Positions 9,373 through 19,781 of a DNA stretch of 64,000 nt are shown piece after piece. The notes under the pieces were generated by a model that did no database searches, was not told the origin of the DNA, and worked only from the letters and a program-made list of their open reading frames with translations. The DNA lies in assembly GCA_049510745.1 (NCBI GenBank), contig JBEKYR010000023.1, positions 1-64,000 on the forward strand, read 5' to 3'. The translations under genes and the position numbers were made by a program. Numbering within the stretch: position 1 is the first letter of the stretch; every line of letters starts with the position of its first letter. This DNA is from Verrucomicrobiota bacterium. GTDB taxonomy: Bacteria; Verrucomicrobiota; Verrucomicrobiia; Limisphaerales; Palsa-1400.

Positions 9373-10302
9373 CTATTGGGTGATGGCGGTGCGGATCATG
9401 GGGGCGGAGGCGGCGTTGGTGATGGAGGGGGAAAGATGGTGCGAGATGACGTGGTCCAGGTACGTGGCCAACGAGGTGATCTGGGCCTCGCTCAACGGGC
9501 CGCCCTGGGCCATCGCGAAACCGGGCATCATGGTGTGAGGTTTGCCATAGGTGATGGTGCTCTTCCAGAAGTCGAAGTCGGTCGGCTGCTTGAGGGCGTG
9601 GAGGTCCGGGACGGCGCTGTCCCGATGGGAGGACTCGTGGCAGATGCCGCAGTCGGCGGCGTAGAGGTTCTGGCCGAAGGCGTTCTGACCCTTCGCGGCG
9701 TGGCAGGCGGCGCAATCGCCCTTGAAGATGGCTTGGGGATCGGCCTGGGCCTTGGCCATCGCCGCTTTGCGCTCGGACTCGGAGGGCGAGCCGCCCAACG
9801 CCGGCGGAGGCGGGATTTTGACCGTGAGGCTGACGACGCGCGCGCCGACGGAGGTATAAAAGGTGAGAGTCTTGGTCATCGACCCCATTTTGCCCGCCAG
9901 CCTGACCTGGGCGTGAACCTGTCCGCTGGCGCCGGGGGCGAGATGCCACGGGGAGGCCGGAAGGCTGGCGGTGGTGCAGCCGCAGGAGGCCTGGACGCGG
10001 TCAATAATAATTTCATTGGTCCAGACGTTGGTCAGGTTGAAGGTGAAGGGGGCAGTTGCTTCGCCGGGCGCGGCGTCGTATTTCTTGGATTCCGCGTCAA
10101 AAACCAGGGCGGGCACATTGGGCACGGTTGAACTGGGCCACGCGACGGGCTGGGGCGGCGGAGCCAGCGGCTTGGGGATGGGCCGGGCGGACGCCGGGGC
10201 CGGAGCCGGCGACGGTGTCTGGCTGCGGGCAGGCAGGGGCAAGACCGCCAGACACATCAGTGTCCAGAGCCGCCAAAAGGTGAATCGCTTTGACATTTGC
10301 AT
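9373..10302 (-). CDS. Exported DUF1573-like Ig domain plus di-heme cytochrome c protein
   Basis: Signal peptide, QASCGCTTA (DUF1573-like), CAACH and CGICH heme motifs, MMPGF; start approximate. Confidence 0.8.
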   Translation of the reverse strand: MQMSKRFTFWRLWTLMCLAVLPLPARSQTPSPAPAPASARPIPKPLAPPPQPVAWPSSTVPNVPALVFDAESKKYDAAPGEATAPFTFNLTNVWTNEIIIDRVQASCGCTTASLPASPWHLAPGASGQVHAQVRLAGKMGSMTKTLTFYTSVGARVVSLTVKIPPPPALGGSPSESERKAAMAKAQADPQAIFKGDCAACHAAKGQNAFGQNLYAADCGICHESSHRDSAVPDLHALKQPTDFDFWKSTITYGKPHTMMPGFAMAQGGPLSEAQITSLATYLDHVISHHLSPSITNAASAPMIRTAITQ

Positions 10303-10354
10303 TGTCCCATAGAATAGCAGGCGCAACGGACTATTCAAACGATTCTTTCCCGCC

Positions 10355-11617
10355 TCAGGCCAGATACGGGATGGTCAGCGGGCCTTGGGGCAGGACGGCG
10401 GCGCGGGCGTGCGGCCCCAATGCGGCCAATCGCTGCCGCACCGCCGCCCCGATGTCCCGGCAGGGCCGCAAAAAGGCCCGGCGCACGATGTCGTCGGGCA
10501 GCGAGCTGTGGAGCAAGACCTCGGCCTGGCGCTGGATGAGCGCCTGGATTTGCGCCTGCCATTGTTCGGGCCGGACAAATCCCGGCGTGCTCAACAGGCT
10601 CAGGATTTCTTCCGGACTGTTCGCGCTGAGCAATAATTTGTCCAGCGGACTGCCGGGCGGGATGCCTTCGCGGCATTCGCAGGCCAGGATGAGCAAGCCG
10701 CCTTTCTCCAGAATGCGCGCGCCGGCGCTCATGCCTTTGACGCCCTGGTAAAGGTTCAAATCCAGCGGGTAGCCGCTGTTGGTGGTGACGACGATCTGGA
10801 AGGGCGCCTTGACTTTTTGCATGGCCGATTGGCGCACGAATTCGCACCCGGCCCGGTGCGCCTCGATCAGGTCGCCGGCAAAAACGCCGGTGATGTCGCG
10901 CTGGTCGTTGAGGCTGACGTTGAGGAGAAAGGCCGGCCCGACGCGCAGCGCCACGTCGCGCAATTCCTCCCAGAGCGGGTTGCCGGCGGTGACGCCGAAG
11001 GTGGAATTGGGATCGCCAATGTTCTTGTAACCATGATTGCTCATGATGCTGCGCAACCCGCCGCAGCCGGGAATGATGCCCTTTATGCCGCCGCTGAACC
11101 CGGCAAAAAAATGCGGCTCGATAAAGCCCGTGATGATGCGCACATCGGCCCCGGCGAGGTGGCGGTTGATGAGGGCGGGCGCGCCGTCGCGCATCGTGCC
11201 GAAGGCCGCGAGCGCGGCGGGGTCCTCGGCCTCGTGATTGAGCACGCGGTAGTTGCGGGCGACTTCCGGGGTGAGCAACTTCTCCAATTCGGCGGCAGTA
11301 TTGGGGCGATGGGTGCCGAGTTGGTTGAGGAGAGTGATGCGCTCGCGCGGCACGCCGGCCAAATAATCCAGCAGCCACGGGATGAGGCGGTGATTGGGCG
11401 TGGCGCGGGTCAGGTCGGTGAAGGCGATGCAAATACGGTCATTGGGCTTGATCCATTGGCGCAACGGGCGGGCGCCGGTGGGATGATCGAGGGCGGCGAG
11501 GACGGCGGCGCGTTCATCGGGCAAGCCGGGCCGGTGGGCGGGTTCGATGACGGTGGTGCGTTCCTCCGGCAGATCGACCGCCAGATGGCCCTGGCCGTAA
11601 GCTAGGTTAATTCTCAT
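10355..11617 (-). CDS. larA: Nickel-pincer-dependent lactate racemase family protein
   Basis: DLTRATP, GTHR, IEPHFFAGFSGGIK, GYPLDLNLYQGVKG. Confidence 0.9.
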   Translation of the reverse strand: MRINLAYGQGHLAVDLPEERTTVIEPAHRPGLPDERAAVLAALDHPTGARPLRQWIKPNDRICIAFTDLTRATPNHRLIPWLLDYLAGVPRERITLLNQLGTHRPNTAAELEKLLTPEVARNYRVLNHEAEDPAALAAFGTMRDGAPALINRHLAGADVRIITGFIEPHFFAGFSGGIKGIIPGCGGLRSIMSNHGYKNIGDPNSTFGVTAGNPLWEELRDVALRVGPAFLLNVSLNDQRDITGVFAGDLIEAHRAGCEFVRQSAMQKVKAPFQIVVTTNSGYPLDLNLYQGVKGMSAGARILEKGGLLILACECREGIPPGSPLDKLLLSANSPEEILSLLSTPGFVRPEQWQAQIQALIQRQAEVLLHSSLPDDIVRRAFLRPCRDIGAAVRQRLAALGPHARAAVLPQGPLTIPYLA

Positions 11618-11651
11618 CGCGCGGAATCAGTGTAACAGGCTTGAGCGGGAC

Positions 11652-11682
11652 AAGGAAGAAGGAAGAAGGTTGAAGGATGAAG
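11652..11682. repeat. GAAGGAT-type heptamer tract
   Basis: aaggaagaaggaagaaggttgaaggatgaag; same unit as 59256-59287. Confidence 0.7.
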
Positions 11683-11784
11683 TCCGCTTGGCGGGGCTTG
11701 ACTCGCTTTGCCGAAGTCGGATGCGTTGTTCTGTTTCTGCCTGAGGAACTGTTGAACTGCACCGGATTGTCGGCTGGCACCCTG

Positions 11785-11813
11785 TTGACTCAGACACTTT
11801 ATTTGCGTAGATT
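11785..11813 (+). promoter_or_regulatory. sigma70 promoter for a probably leaderless TA operon
   Basis: TTGACT-17 nt-TAGATT; ATG 6 nt after the -10. Confidence 0.6.
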
Positions 11814-11819
11814 GCCGGC

Positions 11820-12023
11820 ATGACCGCCGTCGAAGAACGCCGTTTGAAAGGACTCCTTAAAACCGCCGTGACCGAAGTTTTGGCAGAACGCCAGGATCTG
11901 CTGCGCGACGCCCTCCGCGAGAGCCTGGAGGACATGGCCATCATGCGAGCCATTCAACTCGGTGAAAAATCTCCGATGATCAGTCGCAAGAAAGTCTTCC
12001 GGCGCCTCGAACGCGCGGCGTGA
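11820..12023 (+). CDS. Putative antitoxin
   Basis: 67 aa, EDMAIMRAIQLGEKS-type C-terminus; GTGA overlap with the toxin gene. Confidence 0.8.
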   Translation: MTAVEERRLKGLLKTAVTEVLAERQDLLRDALRESLEDMAIMRAIQLGEKSPMISRKKVFRRLERAA

Positions 12024-12286
12024 ATACCTTCTTTCGCGAGTCCTTCGACAAGGATTTGTCGGCGGTCACCGATGCCGGGCTGCTGCGACGAATCCAGAAA
12101 ATAATCGAACAAGTCGAAGCCGCTCGAACTCTCCATGAGATTCCCAACCTGAAGCGTCTTGAGGCAAAGGGGAAATATTTCCGCATTCGGCTCGGTGATT
12201 ATCGCGTCGGTTTTGTTTTCGAGCAGGGAGCGGTCACGTTCGTGCGTTGCCTGCATCGCCGGGAGATTTACCGCTATTTTCCCTGA
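12020..12286 (+). CDS. relE: RelE/ParE family toxin
   Basis: YFRIRLGDYRVG and HRREIYRYFP. Confidence 0.9.
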   Translation: MNTFFRESFDKDLSAVTDAGLLRRIQKIIEQVEAARTLHEIPNLKRLEAKGKYFRIRLGDYRVGFVFEQGAVTFVRCLHRREIYRYFP

Positions 12287-12369
12287 ATCTGAATTTGGAA
12301 GGCTGGCACTTGCAAGGAAAGTCAATGGGGTTGGCAAAAGATGCGGGCAAAAAGATGGAGAAAGAAAGA

Positions 12370-13947
12370 CTACCTGGATTCTATCAAATCGACCTCAAGG
12401 CGGAAGATTCTCTCGCGGCCTTCGCTCGTGCTACGCGAAAAGAGGCCGTGCAGGTGAGTCGGCGTGTCAAATACAAGATTGCAGTCTGAACGCCACTTCC
12501 CATTGATGACTTTTTCCACACCGTCCACCACAAGGACCGCCCCCTTCTGGTTGGACGCCTGAAGGGCGTAATGACGACTGTCCGGGCTGAAGAAGACCCG
12601 GCAGCGGATTTCCTTCTCTCCCTTCGTCGGCTCGATCGTTGCGTAGGGACCGATCCTTTTTCCATCCACAATTGCGCATTGGTTGGTATCCGTTTCAGTC
12701 ACGATGCCCCAGCGGCGGAGGTCGGCGCTAAAGGCGATGTTGTCCAGGGCATCCGCCTGAATCACCCGGTACTTGCCATCGACGACGACGAAAAATCGAG
12801 TGCGCTCGTCATCGTCATCGTCTGAATCCGGCAGTTTCAGTGGGATTTTTTCCCTGAGCCAGGCAAGCAGGCGACTTTTTTTCCTCTTCTCCCCGGTCAG
12901 AAAGCCCATGTGTTTGCCATCGGCGCTGAACTGAAAGCTCTCGGGGGCGATTTCCTGATACTGACGGTTCTCTTTGTCGTTAATGGAGAGAATCGTGTAG
13001 GTTCGGTCTTCCGTGCTTGCTTGAATATGGCGGCGGAGACAAACGATTCGCTCGCTGTTGGGAGAGAACGTGAGGAGCGTCACCTCGCCCTCGACAGGCT
13101 CACCGGCCACGCCGTCCACGACAACCCGCGTCAGAAAATGGAGTGGATCGTTGCGATCATCATCCTGCACGCAGGCAACGCGCCGGCCATTGGGACTAAA
13201 AACCAAACCATGTACCTCACCGTGGGCCAGGATTTTTCCGTCCAGCACGATAACTGACTCTCCGCCTCGTTTGGCCTCGTAGGCAAAGTGCTTGCTGTCG
13301 CCGGAGAAGACCATGGGTGGCAGGTCAACACCGTCTGGAGAATTCCGCTCCAGGTTGATTGCGTCCCACGCTGGACCTTCGGCCCCGTCAAACACGACAT
13401 GCGAATATGTGCCACGGCGACCGGCATAGGCCAGATGTTTGGAATCCGGGCTGAACTTCAGCGATCCATTTTCAATTCTTTCGTAGGATTGTTCGGCTTC
13501 ACGGCCATCGACCACCACCTTTTGGATGTCCCCCTCCGTGACAACGTAAGCGAGGCGACGGCTGTCGGGACTGAACTCGAAGGGGCAGTCCTTCCCGCCT
13601 TTATAGGCGATTGCGTCAAAAAACTTCCCTTCGTGACCATTGACCACGGTGAACGATTTTCCGTTTCGCACAGCGGAAAAAACCGTCTGTTTACTGTCGG
13701 GAGAAAAGCCCACCCACCCGACATCGTCGTATTCCCTCGCTGGTTCAGCGTCAACACACACGGCAACGTTGGTTTGCTGATGGTTGAGAGCAGCAACATG
13801 CCGGAAATCATCGCTCGGATAAACGGTTCCTCTGTATATCTCGGCCAGCGGCACCTCGGTTGTGAGCAACTGCAAATGGGGAGGCTTGGCCTGGAGCGAG
13901 CACGAAATCAGAAGCAGAAACGCAGGACAGATCAGCCGGGCGCTCAT
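12370..13947 (-). CDS. Exported TolB/WD40-like beta-propeller protein
   Basis: Signal peptide and repeated FSPDS(K/R)xxAY...VVxDG blades. Confidence 0.8.
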   Translation of the reverse strand: MSARLICPAFLLLISCSLQAKPPHLQLLTTEVPLAEIYRGTVYPSDDFRHVAALNHQQTNVAVCVDAEPAREYDDVGWVGFSPDSKQTVFSAVRNGKSFTVVNGHEGKFFDAIAYKGGKDCPFEFSPDSRRLAYVVTEGDIQKVVVDGREAEQSYERIENGSLKFSPDSKHLAYAGRRGTYSHVVFDGAEGPAWDAINLERNSPDGVDLPPMVFSGDSKHFAYEAKRGGESVIVLDGKILAHGEVHGLVFSPNGRRVACVQDDDRNDPLHFLTRVVVDGVAGEPVEGEVTLLTFSPNSERIVCLRRHIQASTEDRTYTILSINDKENRQYQEIAPESFQFSADGKHMGFLTGEKRKKSRLLAWLREKIPLKLPDSDDDDDERTRFFVVVDGKYRVIQADALDNIAFSADLRRWGIVTETDTNQCAIVDGKRIGPYATIEPTKGEKEIRCRVFFSPDSRHYALQASNQKGAVLVVDGVEKVINGKWRSDCNLVFDTPTHLHGLFSRSTSEGRERIFRLEVDLIESR

Positions 13948-13979
13948 GCGGGCACCTTATTCCCGGGGCGGCGAGAGCG

Positions 13980-14897
13980 TCAAGCCTCCGCCAACGCGCG
14001 GTTCATGCGTTGAATGGCTTCGTCGATCTCCGCGCGGCTCTTGAAGCCGATCACTATGGCGTCGAGTTCCGGCAGCGACATGGCGAAACGGATGGACTTC
14101 TCCCGGTCGGCGGCCTCGACGAACTCGCCGTTGCCGATGATCTTCATGCCGATGATGCCGCGGCCTTTGGCCCGCATCGCTTTGATCTGTTTCAACACCG
14201 GGGCAATATTGTTTCCGTCACCCTCCGCCGACCACATGGATTCCTCCTCGTTGTCCGTGTGCCGGCCCTGGGGATTGACGCGCACCAGATGGACTTCGAC
14301 CCACGGCGTGGCCGTCGCCCCGCGCAAGGCGGGCAGGCTGTGGCAGGAGACGCCCTTGCTGCGAATCCATCCCTTGGCCTTCGCCTCGTTGAAGCCGTCC
14401 ATGATGCGTTTCCATTGGTCGGTCCAGTCGTTCTTGACCATGCAATGGATCAACATGCTATCGACAAAATCGGTGTCGAACACTTTGCGGTGATGATCGA
14501 TGGCGCCGAGCACGTCCTTGGGCTGGCCGCCAATCTTGGATTGGATGAAGAGCTTCTCGCGCGGCAAGCCCTTGATCGCGCCGCCGAGCCAGTCGAAAGT
14601 TGTGTAAGCCTGCGCGCAATCGAAATAGGTGATGCCCTGGTCATAAGCATATTTGACCAGGCTGTTGAACCCTTCGCGCCCCAGGTCGCGTTGCAGGCGC
14701 CCGCTGTCGGTGCCCGTGCCCATGCCGAGGCGGCTGAGCTTGATTCCGGTGCTGCCCAGCGTCATCTGGTCCACGGCGGTGCGTTTGGCTGGGGCGGCCC
14801 ACCCCGGCGTGAGCGCGCCGGGACTCACGAGCAGCGCGCCGGTGACGGTGGCGGAAGTTTGCAGGAATTGGCGGCGATTGAAACGTCTGGATTTCAT
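13980..14897 (-). CDS. Tat-signal aldo/keto reductase
   Basis: NRRQFL twin-arginine motif, LG.TG..LSRLGMGT, GITYFDCA..Y, GVSCH. Confidence 0.88.
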   Translation of the reverse strand: MKSRRFNRRQFLQTSATVTGALLVSPGALTPGWAAPAKRTAVDQMTLGSTGIKLSRLGMGTGTDSGRLQRDLGREGFNSLVKYAYDQGITYFDCAQAYTTFDWLGGAIKGLPREKLFIQSKIGGQPKDVLGAIDHHRKVFDTDFVDSMLIHCMVKNDWTDQWKRIMDGFNEAKAKGWIRSKGVSCHSLPALRGATATPWVEVHLVRVNPQGRHTDNEEESMWSAEGDGNNIAPVLKQIKAMRAKGRGIIGMKIIGNGEFVEAADREKSIRFAMSLPELDAIVIGFKSRAEIDEAIQRMNRALAEA

Positions 14898-15165
14898 AAA
14901 ATTGTCCCGAACGTCTTTTCTACTATCACGGATAAGAGGACATTTCAACCTGAATCTTGGTTTTTGGGCAATGCCTCAATGATGGCGGGAAATGCGAAAT
15001 TGAGCATACCCGCATTGAAAGCCGCAATGCGGGTATGCTGGAGTCGATTCTCTCTATTTGTCAAGGAAAATGTGCGGACGGCGAAATGAGAATTTTTTCA
15101 GGCTCCGTTTTTTCCCGCCACTGAGGCATTACGTTCTTGGGCAAGCGGCAGCCTCATTTGCGCGG

Positions 15166-15193
15166 TTGACACCATCGGGCGAGCCGGTATCTT
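15166..15193 (+). promoter_or_regulatory. sigma70 promoter of the rpmH operon
   Basis: TTGACA-16 nt-TATCTT upstream of rpmH. Confidence 0.55.
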
Positions 15194-15273
15194 CTCACAC
15201 TCCGAATCGCGGATTCGCCGCGGAAGGAGTTGTTGCACCCTGAGAAACATGGCAACGGCAATGAATCAATGAC

Positions 15274-15411
15274 ATGAAACGCCAGTATCAACCGTCAAAA
15301 ATCCGGCGCAAACGGCAGCACGGCTTTTTAAACCGCAATGCGTCCAAAAGCGGGCGCGCCATTCTGCGCAATCGCCGCCGTGTCGGGCGCCAACGTCTGA
15401 CCCCGGTTTGA
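15274..15411 (+). CDS. rpmH: 50S ribosomal protein L34
   Basis: Manual translation [45 protein letters not shown] (not in the ORF track); precedes rnpA. Confidence 0.96.
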   Translation: MKRQYQPSKIRRKRQHGFLNRNASKSGRAILRNRRRVGRQRLTPV

Positions 15412-15416
15412 CCCCC

Positions 15417-15794
15417 ATGGCCGGCACGCCTTCGGTCAGGTTCGAGCTTCCCCGCTCGCGCCGCATCAAGGAATCAGGGGATTTTGCGCGGGCCAGGGCG
15501 GAGGGGCGGCGTCTGGTTTGCGGATGCCTCATCGCCAACCTGCGGCCGCGCGCGCCCGGCGCGTCCAGCCGCCTGGGGGTGGTCACGAGCAAGAAAATCG
15601 GCGGGGCCGTCCTGCGCAGCCGCGCCCGGCGGTTGCTGCGCGAGAGTTTCCGGCTGCACCAGCACGAGTTTGGGCAGCCGGTCGATGTGGTGCTGGTCGC
15701 CCGCCCGTCGATCACGGGCAAGAAGCTGGCGGAGGTGGAGCGCGATTTTTTGCGGGCGATGAGCCAGGCGCGGACCGGGGCGGGGGAACGATGA
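15417..15794 (+). CDS. rnpA: Ribonuclease P protein component
   Basis: RLGVVTSKKIGGAVLRSRARRLLRE (RNR-like motif); synteny. Confidence 0.95.
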   Translation: MAGTPSVRFELPRSRRIKESGDFARARAEGRRLVCGCLIANLRPRAPGASSRLGVVTSKKIGGAVLRSRARRLLRESFRLHQHEFGQPVDVVLVARPSITGKKLAEVERDFLRAMSQARTGAGER

Positions 15795-16093
15795 ACATTC
15801 CGCAACACGTTTTGATTTTCGGCCTTCGCCTCTATCAGGCGGTGATTTCGCCGGTGCTGGCGGCGGCGATGGGGCCGCCAGGGCGGTGCCGTTTCACGCC
15901 GAGTTGTTCGCAATACGCCCGCCAAGCCATTGCCCGGCACGGCGCGGTCGTTGGGGGCGGACTGGCCGTCCGGCGCCTGTGCCGGTGCCATCCTTGGGGC
16001 CAATGGGGCGACGATCCACCGCCCGCCGGGCCGATAAAAGTGAAACTGGACCTGGCAAAACTGCGGAAGCGGAAAATCTGTCATGGATCGTAA
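15791..16093 (+). CDS. yidD: Membrane protein insertion efficiency factor
   Basis: YQAVISP, CRFTPSCSQYA, RRLCRCHPWG. Confidence 0.95.
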   Translation: MNIPQHVLIFGLRLYQAVISPVLAAAMGPPGRCRFTPSCSQYARQAIARHGAVVGGGLAVRRLCRCHPWGQWGDDPPPAGPIKVKLDLAKLRKRKICHGS

Positions 16094-17834
16094 GTCCATC
16101 ATCATCCTTGCCGTGGCCGTCGCGATGCTGCTGGTGTTGTCGCCGGTGGTGGACCATTTCTTTCCTCCCAAGCCGGTGCCGATCACGGTCCAGCCGATCA
16201 GGACCAATCAGCCCGCGGAGACAGCCATGCCCGCCGCCCAAGCGCCGGCGCCGGCCGCCGCGCCCGCGGCCCGGAAGGGGCCGCCGGCGGGGCCGGAGGA
16301 AACGTTGACCGTTTCCAACGCGGATTTGATCTGGCATTTCACCTCGCGCGGGGGTGGATTGAAAACGGTGGATTTGACAAAATACCCGGCGGCGGTCAGC
16401 CCTCCGTCCGCGCGGACGGCGAAAACGAGCGCGGCCACCTTGAATCAGAACGCGCCGGCGCCGGTGCTCAGCGTGGCGGGCGAGGGACTGGAGACGGACG
16501 ACGATTTCATATTGACTCTGAGCGGCGCCACGGTGCGGGCGGAGAGGACGTTGAGCAACGGGCTGCGGGTGGTGAAGGAATTCGAGATCGGAAGCAATTA
16601 TCTTTTCAAGGCGCGGCTGTCGTTCGAGAACACCGGCGCGCAGCCGCTGGCGGCGCCGGCCCGCGAGGTGGTCATCGGCACTTCCACGGCGATCGGTCCG
16701 CTGGATGACCCGACGGCGATGGGGACCTTTTGGTACAACGGCGTCAAAACCCAAAACATCAAGGAAGGTTGGTTCGCCAACCGGACGCTGGGCTGCATAC
16801 CGGGGACGCCGCGGGCGGAGTACGTGGAGGGAACCAACAACGTGCAATGGGCGGCCGTTCACAACCAGTTTTTCGCCCTGGCCGCCATACCGTCGAATCC
16901 GGCGCCGCGCATTGTCATCCGCAAAACCTGGGTGGCGGCGCCCGAGTTGAACGGGCTGTCCAACGCGATGAGCGCCACCCTGACCAACGGCTATCAGGCG
17001 GCGCTGGTGTATCCGGCGGCGGCGCTGGCGGCGCACCAGACGTTGACGGAGGCGTTTACGTTTTACGCCGGGCCCAAGGAGTACAACCGCCTGGCGCAGA
17101 TCGGGCAAAAGATGGGCAACAACCTGGACTTGATCATGGATTTCACCGGGCCGTTTGGGTTCTTCTCCAAACTGCTGCTGCTCTGGATGAACGGCCTCCA
17201 CGCCATGGGTTTGAGTTATGGCCTGACGATCATCGCCATCACTGTCATCATCAAACTGGTGTTCTGGCCGCTGACCAACGCCAGCACCAAATCGCAAAAA
17301 CGGATGCAGGCCCTCCAGCCGCAACTCAAGGCCATCGCGGACAAATACAAGGACGACCCGGTCAAAAAGAACGAAAAGACGATGGCGTTCTGGAAGGAGC
17401 ACAAGATCAACCCGATGGGCAGTTGCCTGCCGACCCTGCTGCAAATCCCGGTGTTCTTTGGGTTTTACTGGATGCTGCGCAACGCCATTGAACTGCGCGG
17501 CGTCTCGTTCCTGTGGGCCTACGACCTCTCCCAACCCGACACGGTGGCGCACCTGGCCGGTTTCCCCGTCAACCCGCTGCCCTTGATCATGGGCGCGACC
17601 CAACTCTGGCTGGCGCAATTGATGCCCGCCTCGCCGGGCATGGACCCCGCTCAGCAAAAGATCATGAAATTCATGCCGCTGATGTTCATCGCGCTTTTGT
17701 ACCGGATGTCGGCGGGACTGACGCTTTATTGGACGGTGCAGAATCTGTTGAGCATTCTGCAGACCAAAATCACCAAGACCAACGAACCGCCGGCCACCGC
17801 GCCCGCGCCCGGAGCGGTGAAGAAAATGAAGTAG
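16083..17834 (+). CDS. yidC: Membrane protein insertase YidC
   Basis: FYAGPKEY, KRMQALQPQL, INPMGSCLPTLLQIPVFF, GLTLYWTVQN. Confidence 0.97.
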   Translation: MDRKSIIILAVAVAMLLVLSPVVDHFFPPKPVPITVQPIRTNQPAETAMPAAQAPAPAAAPAARKGPPAGPEETLTVSNADLIWHFTSRGGGLKTVDLTKYPAAVSPPSARTAKTSAATLNQNAPAPVLSVAGEGLETDDDFILTLSGATVRAERTLSNGLRVVKEFEIGSNYLFKARLSFENTGAQPLAAPAREVVIGTSTAIGPLDDPTAMGTFWYNGVKTQNIKEGWFANRTLGCIPGTPRAEYVEGTNNVQWAAVHNQFFALAAIPSNPAPRIVIRKTWVAAPELNGLSNAMSATLTNGYQAALVYPAAALAAHQTLTEAFTFYAGPKEYNRLAQIGQKMGNNLDLIMDFTGPFGFFSKLLLLWMNGLHAMGLSYGLTIIAITVIIKLVFWPLTNASTKSQKRMQALQPQLKAIADKYKDDPVKKNEKTMAFWKEHKINPMGSCLPTLLQIPVFFGFYWMLRNAIELRGVSFLWAYDLSQPDTVAHLAGFPVNPLPLIMGATQLWLAQLMPASPGMDPAQQKIMKFMPLMFIALLYRMSAGLTLYWTVQNLLSILQTKITKTNEPPATAPAPGAVKKMK

Positions 17835-17886
17835 CGGCCCGTCCGCCGCCGCGGTAATATGGGCGGGCAACAAGCACACATTTTGC

Positions 17887-18342
17887 ATGAATACGCCAGC
17901 ACAACCCAAAGCCATACTTGAAGAACTCCTGAAACTGCTGGGGTTTGAAGCCACCGTGGAAGAGCACCCGCTGGACGACGGCCTGCTTCTGGATGTCAAG
18001 ACCGACGACTCCGGCCGCCTCATTGGCCGGCAGGGGCAAACCCTGTCCGACTTGCAATACTTGACCAACCGGATGCTCTTTCAGCAGGACCCAAACACGC
18101 CCAAGGTGATGATCGACGTGGGGGGCTATCGCGCCAAAGCGCGCGAGGCGCTGGTGCAGAAAGCCCAGGCCGCCGCGGAAAAGGTCCGGCGCTGGGGCGA
18201 CATCGTCGAACTGGAACCGATGAGCGCGTTTGACCGGCGGATCATCTACAATTCATTGAGAGACGATCCGGGCATCGAGGCGGCCAGCGTGGAAGTGGAA
18301 GGCACGACCAAGAAGGCGATTTTGCTGCGGCCCAAGCACTGA
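17887..18342 (+). CDS. jag: Jag/KhpB RNA-binding protein (KH + R3H-like)
   Basis: LIGRQGQTLSDLQYL and LEPMSAFDRRII; follows yidC. Confidence 0.9.
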   Translation: MNTPAQPKAILEELLKLLGFEATVEEHPLDDGLLLDVKTDDSGRLIGRQGQTLSDLQYLTNRMLFQQDPNTPKVMIDVGGYRAKAREALVQKAQAAAEKVRRWGDIVELEPMSAFDRRIIYNSLRDDPGIEAASVEVEGTTKKAILLRPKH

Positions 18343-18540
18343 GGAGCCCCCGTCTCACCAGGAGATCGAGCAGGCGAGGCCGAAAGATTGGGCTGTGGAG
18401 TGCCCCTTGTTCCGGCCAAGACGCCCCGAGAGGATTTGATGCCGGCGGAGATTTGCAAGGGCTGCAAGACAATGGCTTGCATTCTGGCAGGGAGCCGCTA
18501 GATTGACGCAGTTGAGCGCGAAATGAACAGCATTTAAGCG

Positions 18541-19272
18541 ATGGCCTGGCGAACTCTCAGTCTTCATTTCAGGCAAACGTACAATGGTGGCTGGCGCTAT
18601 TTGGATCGGTGCGGGGAATTTATGCTTGCCGCGACCGAGAAGTTGGACTTCATGCCGAGCGAGGCAAAACCTACCGGCGCAAGACTGGACATCCCAGAGA
18701 ACGGCATTTCGGCAACGGTGGACACCTCAGAATTGGTTGTCGCACAGGAACTGCCGGAAAGTTCCGGGAAACCGTTTCTGGAAATCTGTACGGGACTCGC
18801 TTCTCTGGCAAATCGGTGCTTTACGCCGACGGGCATCGTCAAGAACGGATTGGCCTCAAAATCAATCTGGCCGATGTCTGAGGTTGAGGCCGTGCTTGCA
18901 AGCACCTTGAAGCTTGGCGACACGATCCACACTGATTTGGCCAAAGTGGTCGGAATGGTGCCTGCCTATAAGAGCATTGATTGTAATTTTTCTTCAGGGA
19001 ATTTGGAACTCCATGTTGTGGTGCAAGCTGTCACTTTTGAGAAGGTGTCTTTCAACCGACATACTGCGGGCTTTCGAGCTTCCGCGTCACAAAAAAGGCG
19101 AGTGGAAAGGCTCAATAAGGCGGCGGACCGTTTTGACGATCTCCTCCATCATGCGCTGATGTTGGAAGTCGATTTGATTGAACTTGACCCACCGAAGACT
19201 TCACTACAGGATCACTTCCGTGAATTGAACCGTTACACTGACGCCCTGCGAACGAGATTTGCGTTGCCATGA
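18541..19272 (+). CDS. Hypothetical protein (first gene of a lower-GC accessory cassette)
   Basis: 243-aa ORF with non-host codon usage; ATGA overlap with the next ORF. Confidence 0.75.
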   Translation: MAWRTLSLHFRQTYNGGWRYLDRCGEFMLAATEKLDFMPSEAKPTGARLDIPENGISATVDTSELVVAQELPESSGKPFLEICTGLASLANRCFTPTGIVKNGLASKSIWPMSEVEAVLASTLKLGDTIHTDLAKVVGMVPAYKSIDCNFSSGNLELHVVVQAVTFEKVSFNRHTAGFRASASQKRRVERLNKAADRFDDLLHHALMLEVDLIELDPPKTSLQDHFRELNRYTDALRTRFALP

Positions 19273-19781
19273 GAACAGCCGACGAACATAAACTTTCTGG
19301 AGAGCGCTCGGATTCGGAGTCATCGGGCGCTGGATTGGACCGAGCCTTTAGCCGCGTCATTCTTTCTTACAGTCAATCAGCGCCACGATCTGATTCGTTC
19401 AAATTCCGACCCGCCGGGTCTTCGCTGTCAAGTAAGGTTACTGACAAGAAACAACGAGTGAATCCCAAGCGCCGACTGAGGGGATTTCTGGTCGAAATGC
19501 AAACAGATAATGCGCGCGTTGCGTTTGTCGATAATGGGCAGACCATCCTTTACGATCTCCCTGCCGAACACTTGCGGAAGGCCGGCATCACGGCTCAAAA
19601 TCAGCCGTTCCAGATGGACGAAATCGAAAATATGGACGAAGATGGCGCGTGGTGTGTCGGGTATCGGTTTTTGGCGTTGGCCAAAGCTTCGGACGCCGAA
19701 ATCGAAGTTTTAAAATTTGACGGGGAGCGCAAACGCAAGCGTGACATCATTTTCCAAGAGTTCAGCAAGGCTAAAGCTTGA
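19269..19781 (+). CDS. Hypothetical protein (second cassette gene)
   Basis: 170-aa ORF overlapping both neighbours. Confidence 0.7.
   Translation: MRTADEHKLSGERSDSESSGAGLDRAFSRVILSYSQSAPRSDSFKFRPAGSSLSSKVTDKKQRVNPKRRLRGFLVEMQTDNARVAFVDNGQTILYDLPAEHLRKAGITAQNQPFQMDEIENMDEDGAWCVGYRFLALAKASDAEIEVLKFDGERKRKRDIIFQEFSKAKA

Noticed and set aside
15894..18068. Long antisense or alternate-frame ORFs (for example 15894-18068, 444-1691, 21027-22763, 31930-33912, 40307-41875)
   Set aside because: Shadow ORFs of well-supported genes, typical of high-GC DNA, with no recognisable motifs
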